From the IMG/VR virus record IMGVR_UViG_3300031857_000002, positions 62,001 to 126,000 of that record: a stretch of 64,000 nt of DNA; one strand, given 5' to 3'. Below the pieces are notes generated by a model. The model was not told the origin of the DNA and searched no databases. It worked only from the letters and a program-made list of their open reading frames with translations. Made by a program: the position numbers and the translations under genes. How positions within the stretch are numbered: the first letter of the stretch is position 1; each line of letters opens with the position of its first letter. Shown one piece after another: positions 1 to 9,584 of the stretch.

Positions 1-883
1 TTACAACCGGTCCGGACATGGCTGCCATGCCAGCCTTGCCAGAATTCTGACGAGTCCAAGATGGATTAAGTCCGTTCATTTCCAAGATGTCATCTCGGAT
101 GTTTTGATTTTTCTTTTCAATGTTTAGGATACGAGTAAAGCTGTTGGTGATAGCTGCCGTGTAGTAGGCAAAGGGATTTTGCGATTTTGATTCATCAAAC
201 TGTAGACCAATTTGACTGAGTTGTAGCAAGGCTTGACCTCGCATCTCTTCGTTGTAGGTATAGCCTCGCCAGTTTGATCTTGTGGCATAGCGTTCACACA
301 GTTTCATAAACATCATGGCCAACTTCTTGGTCATGTTGCCATGATCTCTAGAGAACTCACCTGTTTCTAAATCGCCCCGCCAATGACTACGGCCAACAAG
401 ATACGGATTCTTGTCTTCGTCTAATCGATAATGTTCAAACGGAGGAAAGTTTAGACGCACATAGTTCATGTCTAGTACAGGCACATCCACTAAGTCTGCC
501 AAGGGATCATCTTCTACAGCATCGTCAAGATCCAGAATTTCTTCCAGCTTGCGTTTTTTGGCTTCGGCCTTGGTGATCTTTTTGGGTGCTTTGGGAATGT
601 GATCCCAGCAGGTGATACGAAACACTAGATCAGTGTTGGGAATTTTCTTTTGATCAACAACCACACCTGTTTCACGTTTGATACGATCAGCACGATTCTT
701 ACGTGCATCAACTACAGTGCGTTGATTGATCTTGTCAATGCTGGGCAGAATCAAATCAAACTGGTGATCAGTAGCTCTGTCTTGATACCAACAATAGGTA
801 TTTTTGCTGTGATGAATTTCTTTTAGAATGTCACGATTGTTAAGGTAGTTGACCTTGGCGGCCGGTTTTGGTAATAAAGACAT
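1..883 (-). CDS. T4 gp55-like late transcription sigma factor (3' end runs off the window)
   Basis: Absent from the ORF track and translated by hand. ATG at 883 follows AGGAG and reads MSLLPKPAAKVNYLNNRDILKEIH...CERYATRSNWRGYTYNEEM...QFDESKSQNPFAYYTAAITNSFTRILNIEKKNQNIRDD. The NYLNN, NWRGYTY and NPFAYYT motifs are typical of gp55-family sigma factors. Confidence 0.85.
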   Translation of the reverse strand, partial: MSLLPKPAAKVNYLNNRDILKEIHHSKNTYCWYQDRATDHQFDLILPSIDKINQRTVVDARKNRADRIKRETGVVVDQKKIPNTDLVFRITCWDHIPKAPKKITKAEAKKRKLEEILDLDDAVEDDPLADLVDVPVLDMNYVRLNFPPFEHYRLDEDKNPYLVGRSHWRGDLETGEFSRDHGNMTKKLAMMFMKLCERYATRSNWRGYTYNEEMRGQALLQLSQIGLQFDESKSQNPFAYYTAAITNSFTRILNIEKKNQNIRDDILEMNGLNPSWTRQNSGKAGMAAMSGPVV

Positions 884-911
884 GGATGTCTGTTCTCCTG
901 AGTGTGTACTT

Positions 912-939
912 ATTGTAGCATAAACACAACAGTTGTCAA
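912..939 (-). promoter_or_regulatory. sigma70-type promoter for the gp55-like gene
   Basis: Minus strand reads TTGACA-16 nt-TACAAT with an extended -10 (TGcTACAAT), upstream of the SD and ATG at 883. Confidence 0.75.
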
Positions 940-948
940 CCAGAATTT

Positions 949-956
949 GGTAAATA
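949..956 (+). promoter_or_regulatory. T4-like late promoter (GGTAAATA)
   Basis: TAAATA core upstream of AGGAG and the GTG at 975. The same core recurs before many structural genes. Confidence 0.6.
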
Positions 957-974
957 TGGTAAACAGGAGCCACC

Positions 975-1835
975 GTGGACTACTCAGCTTATATCGCACA
1001 ACAACAATATTACCAACAGCAAGCACAACAGCAGGCGTATTATCAATACCAGCAACAGCTTGCTCAACAGCAGGCTTATCAGCAATATCAAGCCCAGCAA
1101 CAGCAGGCTCAACAACAGCAGGCCTATGCACAGTATCTAGCGCAACAACAATACCAAGCTCAGCAACAGGCGCAACAGGCGGCACAAGCAGCCGCACAAC
1201 AAGCAGCCATACAAGCTCAGGCTGCTGCCGCACAAGCAGCCGCACAACAAGCTGCCTACCAGGCTGCACAAGAAGCTGCCTACCAAGCACAATTGGCAGC
1301 TCAGGCTCAAGCTTCTCAACAAGCTGCCTATGAAGAAGCCGCACGTCAAGCTGCTTACCAAGCACAGTTGGCTCAACAACAAGCCGAGGCTGCTTATCAG
1401 GCACAGCAACAAGCTCAAATTCAACAACAGATATACCAACAGCAACTGGCCCAAGATGCACAAGAACAACAAATTATTGCACAATCTCAAGCACAGGCTG
1501 AAGCACAAGTGGCAGTCACTGCTGTGGCAGCAGGTAGAACACGTACCATAATTGATGCTGAAGCAGCAGCCGCTGCCGCCACCGCTGCAACAACTCCAAC
1601 CTATTACACTGACCCACAGTACACAGCAACGCAGCCAGTGAATGTGCGCATTGGTCCAACATCCACACAGTCTGATCCCACAGTAACTTCCAGGGTTACC
1701 AGAACCGCCACAGCAGTTTCGCCTGTGGTAAATTACACAGTGAATCCATCCGCAGACCTTCAGTTGGCCATACAGCAGTTGGACAATCAGCCTTTCATTG
1801 GCATACCTGTACAGCCACCTAGAGCAACAGTGTAA
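975..1835 (+). CDS. Gln/Ala/Tyr-rich low-complexity protein
   Basis: GTG start with an AGGAG SD. About 180 aa are dominated by Q, A and Y, followed by a T/P/V-rich tail. Confidence 0.75.
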   Translation: MDYSAYIAQQQYYQQQAQQQAYYQYQQQLAQQQAYQQYQAQQQQAQQQQAYAQYLAQQQYQAQQQAQQAAQAAAQQAAIQAQAAAAQAAAQQAAYQAAQEAAYQAQLAAQAQASQQAAYEEAARQAAYQAQLAQQQAEAAYQAQQQAQIQQQIYQQQLAQDAQEQQIIAQSQAQAEAQVAVTAVAAGRTRTIIDAEAAAAAATAATTPTYYTDPQYTATQPVNVRIGPTSTQSDPTVTSRVTRTATAVSPVVNYTVNPSADLQLAIQQLDNQPFIGIPVQPPRATV

Positions 1836-1864
1836 TTTTTATAAACTGCCCAGTTTTTTATACC

Positions 1865-1872
1865 GGTAAATA
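1865..1872 (+). promoter_or_regulatory. T4-like late promoter (GGTAAATA)
   Basis: Intergenic TAAATA core 18 nt before the ATG at 1891. Confidence 0.65.
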
Positions 1873-1890
1873 AGGTATAGGAACACAAAT

Positions 1891-4494
1891 ATGGCAGCAG
1901 GTTACGATCCAGCAAAAGCAGCAGAGTTTAACAAACTGATTCTTCAGGGCATCGAATACGACGAAGCCCTGATCATGGCTGAAATCTCACTAGAAGAAGT
2001 TGGCAACTACAGTTTTGATCCTGAGACCAGCATACTGAGTCGTCAAGAAGGCCCGCCAGAAACTCAGCCGCCAGTAAATCCTGCCAACGACCCCAACACT
2101 AATGTTGGTGCAGACACGCCAAGAGAAATACCTGTATCTGAATCAGTGTTTGACCCACGACAAGATGTGGGAGAAAATGTATTTGATCCTGCTGCCGCAC
2201 TGCCAAATCCATCATTGATCTCGGCTGCTCCAGTTAACGATCCCTACGCTGGATTGACCAGCGACCAGATACGATTACTAGGTGGTGCTGATCCTACTGA
2301 TCCGTATATTCGTGCCAGACTAGGTATTCCGCAACTGACAGACTCACCGCTGGCAGCAAATGCTAATTTTGGCACAGTTAAAACAGGTGTACCAATACTG
2401 GACACTGCTATAAGTTCGCTTGGCAATTTGTTTGGATTTAACAATACCAAAACAGGAACCACAACAGGATCACCGGCGCCAACACCTGACACTGCTGCCA
2501 CAGCGCAGGCAGCCGCAGCCGTTAGAGTTCAAGACCCTGCCTTGACAGATGATGAAGATCAAAATCTACAAAACATTGTGGGCGCACAAGGAGAAATTGT
2601 ACGGGCTGAGGAAAATATTCAAAGCAACAATCGTCAAATCCTGGCCAACGAAGAAGCACAGGCTGCGGCACAAGAACAACAACGTCAAGCACAAGCAATC
2701 ATTGATCAAAACAATGCTGAACTAGCAGATGACAACTTGCCAGACGATCGTCGTGCTGAACTTGAGGCCAACAATGCCGCACAGCGTGCCAGCATTGCTG
2801 AAAATGCAGTAGTGATTGACGAAGCACAGAACAACATTGACAATGCTACTGCAAACAATGAACAGCAGACAGACTCTATACTAACTAACCAAGGCGTAAT
2901 TGGAGAAAATGCTGAGGCCTTCTCTGCCAATGGTAATGAGCTAGGGGCTCCAGTAGTCGCCGACAATGATCTACAAACTGCTGTGGATCAAAATTTTCTT
3001 GATGCCAATGCAGAAGTTCAATCAGAAACTACTCTAACTATACTAAGCGAAGAAGAAACCAACGCATTGTTTGACGGCGCTGAGCCAGGCCTGGTCAATA
3101 ACTTTGTCGAGGTTGATGCCACAGCCACAGAATTAACTGAAGAAGAAACTGCGGCATTGTTTGACGGTACTGACACTGAATTGATAGTTACCGATGTCAC
3201 TGATCTTGCCGAACCAGTTGATCCCGATGCTGATCCCGAGTTACTGGGAGATCCTGAGTTACAAGACGGAGAAATAACCGATCTTGCTGAGCCAGTTGAT
3301 CCTGATGCTGACCCAGAACTTGTGGAGTTAGGTGACCCCGATTTACAACTAACTGAACTTGCTGAGCCAATTGATCCTGATGCTGATCCTGAACTTGTGG
3401 AGTTAGGCGATCCCAATTTACAAGACGGAGAAATAACTGATCTCGCCGAACCAGTTGATCCTGATGCTGACCCAGAACTTGTGCAGTTAGGCGGCCCACA
3501 GGATGACGAAGAGCTTGTGCAGTTAAGCGGCCCAGAAGATGTCAACACTGAAACTGACCCTTCACTGCCTAGTGGATTGTCTGATGAAGAAATACTTGCA
3601 CGTCAGAATCCAGGTGGATTGTCTGATGAAGAAATACTTGCACGACAAGAAGCTGCCGCAAAACAACGTGCTCAAGAACAAGCCACACTGCAGGCACGTT
3701 ATAAACAGCCAGCAAGCTCAGACTGGCGTGTACGTCTGCAACTGGCACCCAACGCAGATTACCTGTACAAAGATCGCACAGGATCAACTATTCTAGCACC
3801 CTTGTATGAAACTGACGGAGTTATATTTCCATACACTCCGTCAATTGAAACCACATACAATGCCAACTATGAAATGTATGATCTCACACACTCCAACTTT
3901 CGTGGATACTTCTACAAAAACAGTCGTGTGAATGACATCAACATTCGTGCCACATTCACAGCACAGGACACACAAGAAGCCAACTATCTATTGGCAGTGA
4001 TTCACTTTTTCCGATCAGTGACCAAGATGTTCTACGGAGCCAAAGATGCCTTGCGTGGAGCACCACCTCCGTTGACATATCTAAGTGGACTAGGGCAGTA
4101 CCAGTTCAATCAGCATCCTTGTGTGGTATCACAATTCAACTACAGTTTGCCAAACGACGTGGATTACATCCGTGCAGGAGCACCCAACAACTATGGCACT
4201 AACTTGCTGGAACAGCGTGCCAGAACAGGTGCTATTTCTCCCGAAGCAGGCAACCCAAGCCTAACACGTTTGTTAGGTACATTGACCAAACCGCCAGTGG
4301 GTGCAACATCAACGCCCCCGAGTCCCACTATGATCAATCAAAACGTCAACAACCTGGCACAGGCCACCTATGTGCCTACTAAAATTGAGATCAGCCTTAC
4401 ATTATTGCCCATCAACACTCGCAGTCAAGTAAGTACACAGTTCAATATGAAAGATTTTGCATCAGGTGCGCTGATCAAAGGAGGGTTCTGGTAA
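1891..4494 (+). CDS. baseplate/tail-tube initiator-like protein (gp48/gp54-like C-terminal domain) with a long acidic repetitive N-terminal region
   Basis: C-terminal ~260 aa form a globular domain (GVIFPYTP...HFFRSVTKMFYG...GAPPPL...PCVVSQFNYSLPNDVDYI). The gene sits directly before the gp53-like gene. Confidence 0.55.
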   Translation: MAAGYDPAKAAEFNKLILQGIEYDEALIMAEISLEEVGNYSFDPETSILSRQEGPPETQPPVNPANDPNTNVGADTPREIPVSESVFDPRQDVGENVFDPAAALPNPSLISAAPVNDPYAGLTSDQIRLLGGADPTDPYIRARLGIPQLTDSPLAANANFGTVKTGVPILDTAISSLGNLFGFNNTKTGTTTGSPAPTPDTAATAQAAAAVRVQDPALTDDEDQNLQNIVGAQGEIVRAEENIQSNNRQILANEEAQAAAQEQQRQAQAIIDQNNAELADDNLPDDRRAELEANNAAQRASIAENAVVIDEAQNNIDNATANNEQQTDSILTNQGVIGENAEAFSANGNELGAPVVADNDLQTAVDQNFLDANAEVQSETTLTILSEEETNALFDGAEPGLVNNFVEVDATATELTEEETAALFDGTDTELIVTDVTDLAEPVDPDADPELLGDPELQDGEITDLAEPVDPDADPELVELGDPDLQLTELAEPIDPDADPELVELGDPNLQDGEITDLAEPVDPDADPELVQLGGPQDDEELVQLSGPEDVNTETDPSLPSGLSDEEILARQNPGGLSDEEILARQEAAAKQRAQEQATLQARYKQPASSDWRVRLQLAPNADYLYKDRTGSTILAPLYETDGVIFPYTPSIETTYNANYEMYDLTHSNFRGYFYKNSRVNDINIRATFTAQDTQEANYLLAVIHFFRSVTKMFYGAKDALRGAPPPLTYLSGLGQYQFNQHPCVVSQFNYSLPNDVDYIRAGAPNNYGTNLLEQRARTGAISPEAGNPSLTRLLGTLTKPPVGATSTPPSPTMINQNVNNLAQATYVPTKIEISLTLLPINTRSQVSTQFNMKDFASGALIKGGFW
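3199..3500 (+). repeat. four in-frame tandem coding repeats T(D/E)LAEP(V/I)DPDADPEL
   Basis: Seen directly in both DNA and protein. Confidence 0.9.
3572..3644 (+). repeat. 31-nt exact direct repeat (GLSDEEILAR x2)
   Basis: GTGGATTGTCTGATGAAGAAATACTTGCACG at 3572 and 3614. Confidence 0.9.
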
Positions 4495-4793
4495 TGGCAA
4501 ATTATGTAGCAACAAGTCCGTACTATCAAACTGGGTATAGTCAATTCTTTTTGGATGTCATGGTCAATCGGCCCATCCCCAAAGAAACTGACGACTTGGA
4601 ATTTATTATCAATCAAACCTATCAGTATAGACCTGACCTGTTGGCATTTGACTTGTATCAAGATTCAAACCTGTGGTGGGTGTTCTATCAACGCAATCCC
4701 AACACACTCACAGCACCTCCCTTGGATTTCAAGCCGGGTGTAAAAATATTCTTGCCCAAGCTGAACACACTCAAAGAAACACTGGGGTTCTAA
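4494..4793 (+). CDS. baseplate wedge protein, gp53/LysM-like
   Basis: YQYRPDLLAFDLYQDSNLWWVF motif, 99 aa, in a baseplate context. Confidence 0.75.
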   Translation: MANYVATSPYYQTGYSQFFLDVMVNRPIPKETDDLEFIINQTYQYRPDLLAFDLYQDSNLWWVFYQRNPNTLTAPPLDFKPGVKIFLPKLNTLKETLGF

Positions 4794-4796
4794 CAT

Positions 4797-7700
4797 ATGG
4801 CAAGAACTGTTGCAGAACTAGAAGCAGAAATTGCCAGACTTCAGGCAGAGTTTAATGCTGTGCAAGCAGCCGCAAGAGCGTCTGGTGATATTAATAGTCC
4901 TCTTCTAAACACAAGAGAAGACTTAAGAACTCAAATAGCTCAACTTAAACGTGAGTTAAAAATTGCGGTTGCACAAGAAAACAGTACACAACCAACTCCG
5001 CCTGCCTCTGCTGGACAAACAGTCAACGATGATGCTGTAAACAATCCCAACAAGCCGCCACCACTGCAGGCCGATCCTGCAACAGGCCGCATAACAACTC
5101 CCAGTGCCACAACTGAACCCTCCAACGCTGAACCGCCCAATGTTGGTCCAGCTAGTACAGGAATAGATGCGCCAACAAAAACTCTCAACACCACACAAGC
5201 CACATACGAAGGCGTGTCTGGCGGAGCACTGCCTGTACCTGGCACATCTACCGCAGCCGCGGATGCTAACAGCGTCAACACTGGCCAAGCAGGAAATTTA
5301 AGTGTTAATGGAGCAGTAACCAACGGAGTTATAACTGGTACTGGCAGTGTGTCTGCGCAGGCAGCAGTGACTCCTGGTATAGCTGCGTCCAACGAAGATC
5401 GTCCACCACCTAGACCAGACAAGGCCACAGTTGAAGTCAACAATGGATTCAACAAGACCACATTAATTGCACCGCAACCCAACATACTTGATCGTTATGC
5501 CAGCTATACCTACAACATTTCAGTGTATCTAACCAGCCCTGAACAGTACAAACAATTGATTACATCCAAGCGTCGCAAGATTAATGGCTACAACTTGTTG
5601 TTTCAATCAGGCGGGGCACCTACCAATGTTGGAGGAGCTCAAGGTGCATTGGGTGCGGCACAAAAAGCGGCACAAGCTGATCTAGAAGCTGAAGGTATTG
5701 GATTTGTTCCTGGTGCTAATACACCGGGCGCCACTGCACCTGATGCCGGACGTAGTCCTTTTTTCCCAGATGACTTTTACATTGACAGCGTGACCATTGA
5801 CAATCAGTTTCCAGGCAAACAAACTGGTGCGGCTCACATGGTCACAAACATGAAGTTCACTGTGATTGAGCCTGCTGGAATTACCTTGCTTGATCGACTG
5901 TATGAAGCTGTGCAAGACTTTGCACCTAAAGATGCCACTGGCGCAATCAACTACACGGCCGCACAGTATCTCATGGTAGTACGCTGGTACGGATATGATC
6001 AGTCAGGCAAATTAGTACGCCCAGGTGCCGCAGGCAAGGATGGACTTAGTGATCCCAATGCTGTGTGCGAAAAGTTTGTTCCTTTTATTATTAAAAAAAT
6101 AAACTGGAGTGTGAGCAACAAATTAGTTAGTTACGACTTTGAATGTGGACCAATTGGACAACAAATTGGCGGAACCACAGCCAGAGGTTCTATTCCGTAT
6201 GACATTGAATTATCAGACTCCACTGTGGAAGGACTGCTAGGTGGTGATGTTAAATATGGCACAGGAACATCATCCAATGCCAATCCGGGCGCAAGCACCA
6301 CCGCGGCTACTAATCAAAGCAATGCTGAAACAGCTCGACTAGCAAGACAAAATTCCGCGGCTGCACCTGTTACATATAATGCCGCAAAAGATAGCCAAGC
6401 GGCAAATGTATCAACAACAACGCCAGCACCGCCCAAAGCCAATCAAGCACCTACACCCAAGAAAACTATCACATCAGGATTGATTGGAGCCATGAACAAG
6501 TTTCAGGCTGAACTTGTGGAAAAGAAGATCTACCAGTATCCTGACGAGTACGAGATTGTATTTGCTGATGGAGCAGATAAAATTAAATCAGCTAAAATCA
6601 CTTTGCCAGGCAAAGTAAAAAATCAAAAAGCCTCACCAATGACAGCGGCCGCAGCCACAGATGTCAAAGGCAAAGACCCTGCAAGACAACGTGTGGACAA
6701 CGACGTAAGAAACTTCAGTATCACAGCTGGTCAACAAATCTTACAAGCTATTGATCTTACTATTCGTAACAGCAGTTTTATCTACGAGCAAGCTGCTGTA
6801 CAAAAATCAGAAACAGTTCCACCAGATCCAGCCAAAGATGATGCTGGCACAGCAGACGAAAATACCAACGATAACAAAGTTCCTGCACAAACAACATTGT
6901 ACTGGTATCTGATTACCATGGAAGCTGTCCCAACCAAGTACGATGAAAAACGCAATGACTATGCCTACAACATCAAGTACATTATCAGTCTGTATCCTAT
7001 ACAGAACTTCAACAGCAAGTATTATCCAATACCCAAGTTCTTGGGACTACACAAACAATACCGCTATTGGTTTACTGGTGAAAACTCTGGAGTGCTGGAT
7101 TACCAAGCCACATTCAATCATCTCTACAACATGACTGTGAGTGGCAGAGAACCAGGTGACAACAATCTCAACCGACTGAGAAAAAAGTATACCAGTAGCA
7201 TGAGAGAACTAACCAAATACACATACCAAGCAGCCAGTTCTGAAAGCCGTGCTGGCGCAGAATCTGATGCCAATGAAGTTGGTGCCAACGCCGGCGAAAG
7301 TTTGTACAGCCCTAGTGACCTAGCCAAAGGCAAGATAAAGATTGTGGGAGATCCTGCCTGGATACAACAAGGCAGTGTGGCAGCAGGTGTAAATGTATCT
7401 GGATTTGATACCAATGGATTTTTGCCTGATGGCACCATTAACTTTGATTCTTCACAAGTGATGTTTGCAATTGAGTGGCAAAAACCACAAGACTATAATT
7501 TAAAAACTGGGTTAGCCGACCCTTATGGAAAAAACAACAAAGAAAGAAAGCCTATCAACAGCTATGTGTATCAAGCTCTCAAATGTGTATCAGAATTTCG
7601 TCAAGGTAGATTTGAACAAACTATTGATGGATCTTTATACTACTATCCAACTGAAAACCTAAAGAACACAGCAACTACACCATCTAACGCAGTGGCTGAT

Positions 7701-8072
7701 CAGACCAATGGCAGACCTACAGATCCTGCAAGTGATCCTAATACCAACACAGGTGCAGGCACAACACAAGCACCTGCTGGTATTGATAACACACGACCAA
7801 TCAACGACTCACCAGGAACGCCGCCAAACAGCAACTCCACATTAGACAACGCAAAACAGTCTGCACCAACCAGTGACGGTCAAGACATTGGTGTTAACTA
7901 TTTGCCGGCCCCTAACTTCTTGGATGCCAATTCTGAGCCTCAAGGTGAAGCTCCTCCGGTTGATCCTAACTTCTTGGATGCCAATTCTGAGCCTCAAGGC
8001 GAGCCTCCACTTGCGATTGATCCAACCAGTGTTACCATACCATCTAACCAGCAAATTGAAAGAGACTTCTAA
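4797..8072 (+). CDS. putative baseplate hub protein (gp27-like position)
   Basis: Lies between the gp53-like and gp5-like genes. The C-terminal IKIVGDPAWI...GRFEQTI pattern is typical of hub proteins, with P/T/A-rich linkers. Confidence 0.5.
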   Translation: MARTVAELEAEIARLQAEFNAVQAAARASGDINSPLLNTREDLRTQIAQLKRELKIAVAQENSTQPTPPASAGQTVNDDAVNNPNKPPPLQADPATGRITTPSATTEPSNAEPPNVGPASTGIDAPTKTLNTTQATYEGVSGGALPVPGTSTAAADANSVNTGQAGNLSVNGAVTNGVITGTGSVSAQAAVTPGIAASNEDRPPPRPDKATVEVNNGFNKTTLIAPQPNILDRYASYTYNISVYLTSPEQYKQLITSKRRKINGYNLLFQSGGAPTNVGGAQGALGAAQKAAQADLEAEGIGFVPGANTPGATAPDAGRSPFFPDDFYIDSVTIDNQFPGKQTGAAHMVTNMKFTVIEPAGITLLDRLYEAVQDFAPKDATGAINYTAAQYLMVVRWYGYDQSGKLVRPGAAGKDGLSDPNAVCEKFVPFIIKKINWSVSNKLVSYDFECGPIGQQIGGTTARGSIPYDIELSDSTVEGLLGGDVKYGTGTSSNANPGASTTAATNQSNAETARLARQNSAAAPVTYNAAKDSQAANVSTTTPAPPKANQAPTPKKTITSGLIGAMNKFQAELVEKKIYQYPDEYEIVFADGADKIKSAKITLPGKVKNQKASPMTAAAATDVKGKDPARQRVDNDVRNFSITAGQQILQAIDLTIRNSSFIYEQAAVQKSETVPPDPAKDDAGTADENTNDNKVPAQTTLYWYLITMEAVPTKYDEKRNDYAYNIKYIISLYPIQNFNSKYYPIPKFLGLHKQYRYWFTGENSGVLDYQATFNHLYNMTVSGREPGDNNLNRLRKKYTSSMRELTKYTYQAASSESRAGAESDANEVGANAGESLYSPSDLAKGKIKIVGDPAWIQQGSVAAGVNVSGFDTNGFLPDGTINFDSSQVMFAIEWQKPQDYNLKTGLADPYGKNNKERKPINSYVYQALKCVSEFRQGRFEQTIDGSLYYYPTENLKNTATTPSNAVADQTNGRPTDPASDPNTNTGAGTTQAPAGIDNTRPINDSPGTPPNSNSTLDNAKQSAPTSDGQDIGVNYLPAPNFLDANSEPQGEAPPVDPNFLDANSEPQGEPPLAIDPTSVTIPSNQQIERDF
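7911..7999 (+). repeat. 35-nt exact direct repeat (PNFLDANSEPQG x2)
   Basis: CCTAACTTCTTGGATGCCAATTCTGAGCCTCAAGG at 7911 and 7965. Confidence 0.9.
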
Positions 8073-9583
8073 TGTCAGAAAATACACAACGCAGTAGAGG
8101 CCGTCCGGGCAATTACAAACTTGATCGTGGTGGTGTACCTTCAGAAGGCGGTCCGTTCCTGGGCACTGTCATGAACAACATTGACCCTACTCGCAGTGGT
8201 CGACTACAAGTTTTTATTGACAATTTTAATGATGGCAACATGAATGACACTACCAAGTGGACCACTGTGGACTACTTGCCTAGTTTTTATGGTGCAACAC
8301 CTAAATCAGGAACCAGTAGTGGCGATGGCACATACCCAGGTAACAGAAACAGTTACGGCATGTGGTTTACTCCTCCAGATGTGGGTGTTACCGTGGTTTG
8401 TATATTCATCAACGGTGACAGAGATCAAGGATACTATATTGGTGTAGTGCCCGAGCAAGGCATTAATCACATGATTCCTGCTATTGGTGCTTCCACAAAA
8501 TTTGTACCGTCTGATCCTGCCAATGTCAACCAACTGACATATCTTGACAAAGCCACACAAGCCCCTGTAACTGAAATTAACGACAGTAATATTGGTGTAG
8601 CAAACAATCCACGATTCTTTGATCAAGCCAAGCCAGTACACAGTGTGTTGGCTGCTGCCATGTTTCAGCAGGGATTGATCAATGATCCTGAACGTGGACC
8701 TATTGGTAGTTCAAGCCAACGTGAATCACCTAGTGCTGTGTTTGGTGTCAGCACTCCGGGCATATCAATTTATCAAGGCGGCGCAAGTCCCGGTGATATA
8801 CGCAAAAAAATTGAAGCTGGCGAGCTCAAGCCACAAGATGTCAAAGTGATTGGACGTATGGGTGGACACACACTGACCATGGACGATGGCAACGTTGACG
8901 GCAACAATGCCCTGTTCCGGTTCAGATCAGCCAAAGGTCATCAGATCACCATGAGTGATTCGGGAAACTTCTTTTACATTATACATGCCAACGGACAAAC
9001 TTGGATAGAGCTGGGCAAAGAAGGTACTGTGGATATTTTCAGCACCAACTCTGTCAATGTACGAACACAAGGCGACATCAACTTGCATGCTGATCGTGAT
9101 ATCAACATGTATGCCGGCCGCAACATCAATGCCAAGTCCAAAGAAAATATAACACTAGAAGCTGAATTAAATTTAACTGCCACTGCACAAGAAAACTTAA
9201 AACTCTATAGCAAGAGTTATATTGGCGTACTAGCCGACGGCACCCTGGCACTAAACAGCGCAGGATCTGGCAGTTGGAACGGCGGCAGTACACTAACATT
9301 CTCCGCAGGCGGCATTGATCTCAACGGACCGTCCGCAGCCACAGTACCAGCACCTAGACCTCTAGTTAAAACAGTCATGGACGACACAGAGTTCAACACC
9401 AGTACTGGTTGGCAAACACTACCAGACGGACTTGAAAGCATTGTGAGCCGAGCACCCACACATGAACCCTACAGCTATCATAACGAAGGCGTAGATGTCA
9501 AAGTTGCACTGGAAGAAGGCACACCTACACCACCACCAGGTGCTGAGCCTGTGCCTGCAGGTGTAGAAATAAGGGCAGAATAA
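8072..9583 (+). CDS. gp5/VgrG-like baseplate central spike
   Basis: N-terminal OB-fold pattern (DPTRSGRLQV...YGMWFTPPDVG..V...F.NGD) and C-terminal beta-helix-like repeats (GDINLHADRDINMYAGRNIN). Confidence 0.75.
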   Translation: MSENTQRSRGRPGNYKLDRGGVPSEGGPFLGTVMNNIDPTRSGRLQVFIDNFNDGNMNDTTKWTTVDYLPSFYGATPKSGTSSGDGTYPGNRNSYGMWFTPPDVGVTVVCIFINGDRDQGYYIGVVPEQGINHMIPAIGASTKFVPSDPANVNQLTYLDKATQAPVTEINDSNIGVANNPRFFDQAKPVHSVLAAAMFQQGLINDPERGPIGSSSQRESPSAVFGVSTPGISIYQGGASPGDIRKKIEAGELKPQDVKVIGRMGGHTLTMDDGNVDGNNALFRFRSAKGHQITMSDSGNFFYIIHANGQTWIELGKEGTVDIFSTNSVNVRTQGDINLHADRDINMYAGRNINAKSKENITLEAELNLTATAQENLKLYSKSYIGVLADGTLALNSAGSGSWNGGSTLTFSAGGIDLNGPSAATVPAPRPLVKTVMDDTEFNTSTGWQTLPDGLESIVSRAPTHEPYSYHNEGVDVKVALEEGTPTPPPGAEPVPAGVEIRAE

Positions 9584-9584
9584 C

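Noticed and set aside
902-1551. Alternative-frame and antisense ORFs (902-1333, 910-1461, 1137-1508, 1330-1551)
   Set aside because: These are shadows of the low-complexity CAA/GCA-rich gene at 975-1835, which has the SD and promoter.
1843-1859. Terminator hairpin AAACTG-CC-CAGTTT after 975-1835
   Set aside because: The stem is weak with a 2-nt loop. It is better explained as part of the putative late-promoter upstream element.
3018-3548. Ser/Gly-rich antisense ORF and a CRISPR-like repeat appearance
   Set aside because: The repeats are in-frame, degenerate at third codon positions, lack unique spacers and have no cas genes nearby. The antisense ORF mirrors the coding repeat.
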